64,000 nucleotides of DNA from Dehalococcoidia bacterium (GTDB lineage Bacteria; Chloroflexota; Dehalococcoidia; Lucifugimonadales; UBA3495). Below are positions 56,573 through 64,000 of this stretch, in pieces. The position numbers and the translations under genes are program-made. Under the pieces are notes generated by a model. That model saw only the letters and a program-made list of their open reading frames with translations, searched no databases and had not been told where the DNA came from. Positions within the stretch are counted from its first letter, which is position 1, and each line of letters starts with the position of its first letter. Where the stretch lies: contig CBDAVT010000002.1 in the NCBI GenBank assembly GCA_965201145.1, positions 841,084 through 905,083 of the forward strand. The letters are read 5' to 3'.

Positions 56573-57613
56573 TTACTTGAACACTGCCAGGCACTTGGGG
56601 GCGTTGAAGCTCCAGCACTCAGCCCATTCCAGGAAGTCGGCGTGCCGGTTCAACTCAGCCATAGCGCCCACCAGGCACTGCCAGTTCAAGGTTTCCTGCT
56701 GCCCCGATTCCTCTACCTGGTGCAGCGTCCAGTTCTTCCAGGTGTCGTACTCTCCCTTGCGCAGGGCTTCCAGCAGCACCCGGTCCGCCTCCAGGTCGGG
56801 ATAGACCCAGTGGTTCTTCTCGGTCAGGAAGGCGTGGGACCAACTGGAAGAAGCCATCAGTACCACCCGGTAGGGGCTGTCAATCAGGGCGCGGGCGGTA
56901 GCCTGTCCCACCTCGAAGCAGCGGCGCGGGGTAGGCGAAGGCGGGTCCGGTTCATCCTCGAACACGTCGGCGCCGCCGCGCATCCGCACCACATTGCTGC
57001 CGTAGCAGTTTACGGCCACGGGCAGCACCGGGTAATTGAAACCTTTGCGGTCCAGGTCCAGGAAAAGGAGGGTGTTGGCGAAGGCGTGCCCCAGCCCGGC
57101 CTTCTCGTGCAAGGGCTTGTAGGCGTAGGCCATATCCACGCCCGATTCAATCAGCCGGCGGGTCAGGTAGCGGCCGGCTTCCCGGTGTCCGGGGACGCTG
57201 AAAACCTTGTCCTTTGGTTCGTCCCAGACATTGGGGCGGTCGCCGATGCGGTGGTAGGGCTGAAAATCAATCTGGTCATAGGCCAGGACGCAGAAAGGCG
57301 GGATAATATCTTCCCGGAAATTTTCGTACTGGTCGTCGCCCCAAAGCAGGATAAAATCCGGATTAAAGGCATCAATCTCTTCCCTGATTTTACGGAAAGC
57401 GTCGAATACCTTGGCCCGGTGGGCCTTGTGCGAGGTAATCCCCTCGTCGTCGCCCCACTCGGCCTGCATTTCTGCCGGCCAGTTGGCCGGATTCTTCATA
57501 TGCTCCGGAATCCGGTTGGTCTTGAGCATACGGGTCAGAGGCCAGGGCTTGTATTCATCGGGAACCAGGCCCGGGGGATAGTGAGTGGCGCCAACGCCAA
57601 GTATTTCTCCCAT
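56573..57613 (-). CDS. Class III extradiol dioxygenase-like (LigB/DODA-family) protein
   Basis: N-terminal MGEILGVGATHYPP, internal LLWGDDQYENF, and the overall length resemble LigB-type subunit B proteins. Recognised from memory only. Confidence 0.45.
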   Translation of the reverse strand: MGEILGVGATHYPPGLVPDEYKPWPLTRMLKTNRIPEHMKNPANWPAEMQAEWGDDEGITSHKAHRAKVFDAFRKIREEIDAFNPDFILLWGDDQYENFREDIIPPFCVLAYDQIDFQPYHRIGDRPNVWDEPKDKVFSVPGHREAGRYLTRRLIESGVDMAYAYKPLHEKAGLGHAFANTLLFLDLDRKGFNYPVLPVAVNCYGSNVVRMRGGADVFEDEPDPPSPTPRRCFEVGQATARALIDSPYRVVLMASSSWSHAFLTEKNHWVYPDLEADRVLLEALRKGEYDTWKNWTLHQVEESGQQETLNWQCLVGAMAELNRHADFLEWAECWSFNAPKCLAVFK

Positions 57614-57910
57614 AGAACCTCCTTATCTAACTTACACTTCGATTAAGTGTAAGCGCTGGTATTGATTGGACTGTTTGCCGAATTATAGGAGTTAGCGCCG
57701 GGGATAGTCAACAAATCGACCGGCGTCGTACCCTCATCTTCGTTTACGCTCCGCCGGTGAATGGCATCCGGCCGGCAGCGTCCCGGCGCTGCGGGAAAAC
57801 CGGAATGTGCAACGTCGCTCCGGGGGCGCCTTGCCCCGCTTTTGGGTATTACCGAATGTGCCGGAGCCGGTCTCCAGTTTGCCGGGAATCAGGGAACCGA
57901 AGGCTTCGGG

Positions 57911-58309
57911 TCAAACCCGGTCTTCCGGTTCGATCAAGCTTTCCGCCAACTCCCGGTCATCCGGGGACGTGGAGAGGGCGACGGTGGTAAAACCGTCCTT
58001 TCGGTCCAGGATGTGCAGGCTTTGGATGTTTACGCCGGCTTCACCGAAACGCTGCGCCACCCGGGCCAGGGCCCCGGGTTCGTCTTTCAGCCGAATCAGC
58101 ATAGCCCGGTCGGTAACGGCGGTATAGCCGGCGTCAGCCAGGACGATCAGGGCCTGGTCCGTCGCGTCGGTGCTGATGATGATGGTTCCCTGATCGCCGT
58201 TAATCTGGGTATTAACGCTCTCCAGGTTGATATTGGCCTGGGCAAGAACATTGGTGATGGATGACAGCACCCCAACTTCATCCCGGGCCATTATGACGAT
58301 ACGTTCCAA
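57911..58309 (-). CDS. Tandem ACT-domain protein
   Basis: Two ACT-like units (ARDEVGVLSSITNVLAQANINLES; LKDEPGALARVAQRFGEAGVNIQS). The TTG start at 58309 lies 7 nt after GAGGAG; an alternative ATG is at 58291. Confidence 0.65.
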   Translation of the reverse strand: MERIVIMARDEVGVLSSITNVLAQANINLESVNTQINGDQGTIIISTDATDQALIVLADAGYTAVTDRAMLIRLKDEPGALARVAQRFGEAGVNIQSLHILDRKDGFTTVALSTSPDDRELAESLIEPEDRV

Positions 58310-58352
58310 AACAATTGCTCCTCGATAAGAATAATCATTTATAGTGGGTTGG

Positions 58353-59468
58353 TTAAGTCGCGACCGGCGCCAGGCAGTCGTCCACCAATTCGTCAATCAT
58401 CTGCGTCGTAACGTGGGGCATAGTAATCAGGTGAGCTATGTCGCCATAGGGGGCCAACTGCCATTTACCGATTACTTCCTGGGACGGTTTCGGGAAAATT
58501 ACCGTTACCGAATTGTCATTGCGCCAGGCGGCGATGCCGCTGTCGTTGAATCGCCGCTCGGCATACTCCGCCAGGGCCAGCATCTCGGATACTACCTGCT
58601 TCAGGCCGGCTTCGCCGTAGCGTTCCAGGGCGTACCACAGCAGGAGCGGCGTCCAGGCGCTGCGGGAGCCGGGGATGGTAGTGTCCATGACTCCGACGTA
58701 CTCAACGGAGCGGGCGATGCGGGCTACGTACTCCTTGCGGGTCAGTACCACGCCACAGGGCAGGGGGGAGCCAATCAGCTTGTGGCCGATGACGGCCAGG
58801 CTGTCGGCGCCGGCGTCGAATCCGTAGGGTTGCGGCTCCGGCACGAAGGGCAATATCATCCCGCTTAGCGCGGCATCGGAGTGGATGTAGGAGCGGCTGA
58901 TTACCAGGTCATCCAGGATGTCGCGTACTTTCCGCAAGTCATCCACGGCGCCCTTCATAGTGGTGCCGATGTTAGCCATAAATATTACCGGCACATCCCG
59001 ATTGATCCGTATGGTCTCGTACAGGTCATCGTAGTCTATTTCCCCGTTAGGCAGGCTCTTAATCATAATGTTGCGCATATTCAGCACCCGCAGAATTTTA
59101 AGGATGCTGTAGTGAGTGTCTTGCGAGAAATAGACTACCCCCTGGGGATGCAGCTCCCGGGCCATGTAGAGGCCGTACATATTTCCTTCGGTACCGCCGT
59201 TGGTCACGTAACCCCAGGCGTCTTCAGGGTCAAGGCGCATCAGGCCGGCGAAGCGGGCGATGACTTCCCGTTCGATTTCGTGGCAGTTGACCCGGTAATT
59301 GGTGCCGTGAAAAGGGTCGCCTACGTTGTTGGCGTTGTAATTGAGGAAGGGCAGAATTTCCCGGTAGTCAAAGTTCATATTCACCGGGTAGCCCAGCATA
59401 TGGGCCGACGCTTCCTCAAAAACTTCCTGCAAAGCGGAAAGACGTTCTCTGGATTGCTGGCTCAACAT
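58353..59468 (-). CDS. hdc: Pyridoxal-dependent histidine decarboxylase
   Basis: Near-collinear with Gram-negative HDC as remembered: WGYVTNGGTEGNM, SQDTHYS, PNGEIDYDDL, ANIGTT, HSDAALSGMILPF, GHKLIGSPLPCG, AWRN.NS.TV.FP, GD.AHLIT. Confidence 0.9.
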   Translation of the reverse strand: MLSQQSRERLSALQEVFEEASAHMLGYPVNMNFDYREILPFLNYNANNVGDPFHGTNYRVNCHEIEREVIARFAGLMRLDPEDAWGYVTNGGTEGNMYGLYMARELHPQGVVYFSQDTHYSILKILRVLNMRNIMIKSLPNGEIDYDDLYETIRINRDVPVIFMANIGTTMKGAVDDLRKVRDILDDLVISRSYIHSDAALSGMILPFVPEPQPYGFDAGADSLAVIGHKLIGSPLPCGVVLTRKEYVARIARSVEYVGVMDTTIPGSRSAWTPLLLWYALERYGEAGLKQVVSEMLALAEYAERRFNDSGIAAWRNDNSVTVIFPKPSQEVIGKWQLAPYGDIAHLITMPHVTTQMIDELVDDCLAPVAT

Positions 59469-59640
59469 ACTCAACTTGACTGTCCTCAAAATTTGTCGGC
59501 GGGGATAAGCTATCGGGGAAAGCCCCCTGCCAATCCAATTATAACATTGGAACGAGAGATTCATTGAGCGGCCAAGCCCCGGGTATTCCGACGTGCTACA
59601 ATTGACCCTGGAATCCGGTTAACCAGGAGCGACAGACCCT

Positions 59641-60081
59641 ATGGCCAATGATTACGGCGTTAATGACGAAGGTGATGCGATTGAGGGTCTGGTGCTGCCG
59701 GCCGAGGGTGTAGAAGACCTTACGGACCAACTGACCCAATATATGACCGAGATCGAGCTGGGCGGCTTGACGGATATTATGGGGCAGGTGCTGGATGACT
59801 TTCTGGACCAGTGCGGCGGAATGCCCGAGGACTTGTCGGACTCCGGGGCCTTTGAGCAGATTACCCGCGGCCAGTTGGCGGTAACCCTGGCCTATCAGAT
59901 AGGGCGGCTGGAAGGGCGGGCGCCCCAGATTGTCAGCCAACTGGTACGTCAGGCGGTAGATAAGTGGCAGGCCCGCTCGCTGGTTACGTCGCCGAAGATT
60001 TCGGACCGCGACTTGCTGGACCCGAAAGAAATGGTTTATCCCCGGTTACGCCGGCTCCAGGTCAGGGAACCGGAGGAATAA
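59641..60081 (+). CDS. Hypothetical acidic protein (146 aa)
   Basis: ATG-initiated ORF with coding-like composition. No family recognised. Confidence 0.45.
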   Translation: MANDYGVNDEGDAIEGLVLPAEGVEDLTDQLTQYMTEIELGGLTDIMGQVLDDFLDQCGGMPEDLSDSGAFEQITRGQLAVTLAYQIGRLEGRAPQIVSQLVRQAVDKWQARSLVTSPKISDRDLLDPKEMVYPRLRRLQVREPEE

Positions 60082-60212
60082 TTGCGATACCGGCCGGCGA
60101 TACCGGGCTTACCGGAAAGCCGGCAGCGTCGGTCCGATAATGATACCGGCCAAGGACCTATTCGACTCATCCCTCGTTCCGGCGCAGCCGGCTTGCAGTT
60201 CAGGAGGATGTT

Positions 60213-61394
60213 ATGACTATGGAATCGGCCAGTTACGACCTGCTGCTGAAGGGGGGCACTCTGCTGGACCCGGGCCAGGGAATCCACGACCGCCGGGATA
60301 TTGCTTTCCGGGATGGCGCGGTAGCCGCCGTCGCCGAGAACATCCCTCCGGAGCCGGCGGCCCAGGTAGTAGATATAGCCGGCAAGTTGGCCACACCGGG
60401 CCTGATTGACCTGCACGGCCACTTTTATCACGGCGGTACGGGCAGCGCCGTCCACGCCGACCAGAATTGTCTATCCGCCGGAGTGACTACCGGCATTGAC
60501 GCCGGCAGCTCCGGCTTCCTGAACCTGGGAGCGATGCGAGACTACGTTTTCCCGGCCCACCGCACCCGGCTGCTCGCCTTTCTCCACATCGGCAGTGTAG
60601 GTCTGGCCGCCAACCGGGTACTGGGCGGCGGCTTGCAGGACCTGCGCATCATCGACGTGGACCGCACCGCCGCTGCCGTTAAAGACAATCCCGGCTTTCT
60701 CTTTGGAATCAAGGTGCGGATGGAGCTTAATGCCGTGGCCTACTGGAATGCCGCCGAAGCTATGCGCCTGGCCCGGGCCGCCGCCGACCAGTCGGGCAGT
60801 CGGCTGATGGTGCACGTTAGCGGTACGCCGATACCCCTGCCCCAGGTTCTGGACTTTATGGGCCCCGGGGACATTTGCACCCACGCCTTCAACGGCAACC
60901 ATGAAGGCATCCTCGACCGGCAAGACCGAATCCGACCGGAGGTGCAGGCCGCCGCGGAACGGGGCGTCATAATGGACCTGGGCCACGCCGGGGTCCACTG
61001 TGATGTGGAAGTAGCCCGGGCCGCCATCGCCCAGGGTATGCCGCCGGACACCATCAGCACCGATATTCACCTGCCCCCGCCCGGGCGTCGGGTCTATTTG
61101 ATGAACGACCTGGTCAGCAAGTTCCACGCCCTGGGAATGCCTTTGGCCGATGCCGTGGCCGCCAGCACCTGCCGACCAGCCCAGGTTCTGGGCCTGCAAG
61201 ACAATTTGGGTTCCCTGGCGCCGGGGATGTGCGGCGATGCGGCGGTCTATGACCTGCGTGAAGGCCGGTTTGTGTGGCACGATATGGCGCGCAACAAGGT
61301 GGAGGGCAAAGTTCGGCTGGATACTTTCCTGACGGTGCGAAATGGCGGCATTGTCTGGCGGGAGGGCAAGCTGACCGAGATGGGGCCGTGCTGA
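60213..61394 (+). CDS. Amidohydrolase-family metallohydrolase (dihydroorotase/deacetylase-like)
   Basis: PGLIDLHGHFYHGG metal-binding motif, MVHVSG, DLGHAG, STDIH. Confidence 0.75.
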   Translation: MTMESASYDLLLKGGTLLDPGQGIHDRRDIAFRDGAVAAVAENIPPEPAAQVVDIAGKLATPGLIDLHGHFYHGGTGSAVHADQNCLSAGVTTGIDAGSSGFLNLGAMRDYVFPAHRTRLLAFLHIGSVGLAANRVLGGGLQDLRIIDVDRTAAAVKDNPGFLFGIKVRMELNAVAYWNAAEAMRLARAAADQSGSRLMVHVSGTPIPLPQVLDFMGPGDICTHAFNGNHEGILDRQDRIRPEVQAAAERGVIMDLGHAGVHCDVEVARAAIAQGMPPDTISTDIHLPPPGRRVYLMNDLVSKFHALGMPLADAVAASTCRPAQVLGLQDNLGSLAPGMCGDAAVYDLREGRFVWHDMARNKVEGKVRLDTFLTVRNGGIVWREGKLTEMGPC

Positions 61395-63544
61395 ACTTCC
61401 GAACCTGGGCAATCACACTTGTCGTTGCCCTTCTGCTGACTGCGTTGGCAGCGTGCCGCCAGGCCGATGCGCCGGAGCCAGCAGCGCCGACGAACGCTGC
61501 GACCGGCTCCGGCTCAACCGCAGCTGCCGCTGACCCAATGGTCGCGCCGGAAACGGAAGCCCTGTCCCCGGTCTCTTCCGGCGTGGCGGCCATCGCTATT
61601 GCCGAGGCGACTGCCGCCGCGCCCCGGTCTGCCCCCGACCCGTCGGTTTCTGCGCCATCAACCACCTCCGCGGCGCCGGGCACGACAAATACGCCAGCTG
61701 CCCCGGAATTTCCGACCGCCGGCGCCGTATCCGGGGATACCCTGATTCAGCTAATCGACCCTCTGGATGAGCCTGAATTTTACTGCGTGGATATTCGCGG
61801 CTTCGGCAGCAGCTTGGAAACCGGGAGTTCTCTTCAGGCGCATACTTGCAAACCGGGAGCGGCCGACAAGTTGTTCCGGTTCAACTATCCCGGCCCCGGT
61901 CAGTTTCAAATGCCGGCCTATGAACTTTGTCTGGAAGCCGAAGCCGGATTGGCCTATACCCGGGACTGCACCGGCGAATTAGTCCAGCAGTTTAAGCATG
62001 GCGCTGACGGAACGATTCGTACCGCCGCCGGTAATAGCTGCCTGTCGGTGGATCCGAGCGAAGGCGAACCGACCGGGGGACGGTCGCACCTGCGCCGGGA
62101 CTTGCAGTTCCTACCCTGCGCCGCGGCGGAACGCCAACTGTCTCGTTGGTCGCTGCCGGGGGAAAATCCCGATTCCGCCCCGGGGCCGGCAACCCGGCTG
62201 ATGCACGAGGCCCTGGATTCGGCGCTGACCGGCAACCCCTGGAAAATAGAAAGTATGGGAGCCAACGGCGACCCGGCCTATATCCCCGTGCTGGTTGAGA
62301 TGATGCGCTTCCCCTGGGCGCGAATTAACCGGGGAGTAGAGGAAGCGATTTTTGAGGCCCTGGACCGGATTGTCGAACAAAACCCGGGCCTCGCCAAAGC
62401 CGATTTCGGGACTTTGCATGATGAATGGTTCCAGTGGGTTATCTGGATAAACCGGAATCCGGAAGTTTGGCCGCCCCCCGGATTTGCCGCCTGGAAGGGG
62501 CGGCTGTATGCCGAGCTGGTGGACCCGGAAATGGGGTCCTTCCTATATGACGGAATCAGGAGCGCCATCCGCATTGAAGAGATAGTCTGGGGCGGAGTCA
62601 GGAAGGACGGTATCCCGGACTTGACCGATGCCCCGGTAATCGCTGCTGCCGAGGCCGACTACCTGGAGCCGGGGGGCCGGGTATTTGGCGTCTCTTTCAA
62701 CGGCGAACACCGCGCTTACCCCCACCGTATCGTCAATGCCCACGAAATGGCTAATGACGTAGTGGGTGGGGTGCCTTTTGCTTTGGCCTATTGAACTCTC
62801 TGCGGCGCGGGAATCGTGTATTCCACCGACATTGACGGGGAACGGGTCGAGTTCGGCACTTCGGGAATGCTGTACCGCAGCAACAAGCTGATGTACGACC
62901 GAAAGACCAATACCCTCTGGAATCAGTTTACCGGCGTGCCGGCGGCGGGGCCTTTGGCGGGAACTGACTTCCGGCTGGAATTGCTGCCGGTAGTTACCAC
63001 AACCTGGGGCCAATGGGTCAAGGCCCACCCGGATACCACGGTGTTGGCCCGGGAGACAGGTATTTATCCGGGCCGCTTCTATAGTTCCGAGTGGGACTCC
63101 CGCTCGATATACTTCCACTACCGGGAGAGCGCGGCCACTATGTTTCCAGTGGGGGAAACCAGCGATGTCCTGTCCCTCAAAGGGCAGGTAATCGGCCTGC
63201 GCATTAACGGCGAGGCGAAGGCTTACCCGCTGGAAGAGTTAAGCGGGCAGCCGGTGGTCAATGATGAGCTGGGCGGCCAGCCGCTGGTAGTGGTTACCGC
63301 CGGGCCGCTGGGCAGCCGCGCCTATGAACGGGGTGAAGAAACGTTCCTTTTGGAGGAAGGCGGCGCATCCGACACTACCCTCCTTACCGACAGCGCGGGC
63401 AAGCTGTGGCGAGTGGAAGAAGCCGCCCTGGTTCAGGAAGACGACCCGGCGCTGCGCTTTCCCCGCATACCCAGCCACAACGCCTACTGGTTCGGCTGGC
63501 ACTCCTTCTACCCGGAAACCGGGGTTTACCGGGCTGGGGAATGA
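61388..63544 (+). CDS. Lipoprotein with beta-trefoil-like region and DUF3179 domain; candidate selenoprotein (in-frame UGA at 62792..62794)
   Basis: ORFs 61274..62794 and 62816..63544 share one frame, separated by TGA. The read-through gives VPFALAY-U-TLCGAGIVY...FGTSGMLYRSNKLMYDRKTNTLWNQ, matching the DUF3179 YCPLC...FG.SG.L...NL.MYDR.T.S.W motif with Sec at the first Cys. N-terminal lipobox LLLTALAAC. Start GTG 61388 overlaps the upstream stop. Confidence 0.65.
62810..62824 (+). promoter_or_regulatory. Weak candidate SECIS-like hairpin
   Basis: 5-bp stem GGAAT/ATTCC with loop CGUGU, located 23-27 nt from the U of UGA. Much weaker than the hairpin at 1356..1372. Confidence 0.25.
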
Positions 63545-63665
63545 TGGATACCAGCCTGTTTTCTATAACCCGGTAGCGTTCCAATTTAGGTGGTCGTGAT
63601 GTGGGGCGACCTCGGTAGCTGATGGAGCTCTGAGCCAAGGTCAATTCGGGTTGTCCTGTAGGTAT

Positions 63666-64000
63666 TCAACCGGAGTTGTCCAGTTGACCCCGCAATCGAG
63701 CCAATTCAGCCTCGGCGGTCAGCCGGGCCTGCCGTTCTTCCCTCAAGGTCCGCAATCGTTCCCCGGTTTCACTGTCGCTAATCTGAAACTCTCCCGACGG
63801 GGTCCACTTGAAGTCCAAGTTCAGGATCGGACTGTGGACCCAGGGGTTGCCCTCCTGGTCTCGGTTAACCGGCAAGGGTTGATATTGTCCATCGGTCAAA
63901 ACCTCGCCGGTTACGGGCTGGCCGTAGAGCTGGCCGCCGGTGGGGTCAAGGCGCCAGTATTCGGGAATGCCCAGCCGGGCGTAGAGGTCCCGCTTTTCGG
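63666..64000 (-). pseudogene. Uma2-family (DUF820) endonuclease, 5' partial and apparently frameshifted
   Basis: The upstream frame reads EKRDLYARLGIPEYWRLDPTGGQLYGQPVTGEV then TGA (63896..63898). The adjacent frame continues LTDGQYQPLPVN...LARLRGQL. The junction is a TTT run (plus strand AAA 63898..63900). Confidence 0.6.

Noticed and set aside
56375-57646. 423-aa plus-strand ORF overlapping the LigB-like gene; similarly 30211..31365 opposite the aminotransferase and 29240..30556 as a 438-aa extension of the exonuclease ORF.
   Set aside because: The opposite-strand or shorter models carry the recognisable motifs. The extensions are Arg/Pro/Gly-rich low-information sequence.
62826-62856. A larger imperfect stem-loop downstream of the DUF3179 UGA, considered as a SECIS element.
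   Set aside because: Its apical loop lies more than 40 nt from the UGA and the stem needs bulges. The distance is outside what I expect for bacterial SECIS elements, so only the weaker proximal hairpin is listed, at low confidence.

Overview
High-G+C (about 60% by eye) bacterial chromosomal segment, densely coding on both strands. Gene content (DUF35/thiolase pair, lipoprotein family-5 SBPs, Uma2 endonuclease, GC-rich palindromic repeats) suggests a Chloroflexota-like organism, at low confidence. The backbone is housekeeping: thiL-tsaE-tsaB, ndk, rsfS, queA, folD, ybeY-dnaX-ybaB...recR-recO, uvrA. Metabolic and transport genes include a sulfite-oxidase-family Mo enzyme, a MoxR/VWA pair, a DUF917/hydantoinase pair, dihydropyrimidinase, aminotransferase, ALDH, histidine decarboxylase, three family-5 ABC substrate-binding proteins and two permeases. 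Findings, strongest first: (1) two paralogous two-gene modules, each a DUF262 (ParB/GmrSD-N-like) protein followed by a small HEPN-like protein with an Rx4H motif. One module splits the normally contiguous dnaX-ybaB-recR operon; the other is an AT-rich islet. (2) Two candidate selenoproteins with in-frame UGA at catalytic Cys positions: a deiodinase-like thioredoxin-fold protein (FGSYT-U-PPF) with a perfect hairpin 10 nt downstream, and a DUF3179 protein (Y-U-TLC). (3) A 183-bp MITE-like element in two copies, each with 17-bp terminal inverted repeats and a perfect 10-bp target-site duplication. (4) A low-GC type II-like R-M cassette whose HNH endonuclease gene is broken by a 61-nt segment bounded by 28-nt direct repeats. 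(5) A frameshifted secreted multi-repeat protein flanked by a GC-rich palindromic repeat family. (6) An orphan 625-aa protein. Three apparent 1-nt homopolymer frameshifts suggest assembly error may cause some of the pseudogenes. No rRNA, tRNA or CRISPR array was recognised by eye.
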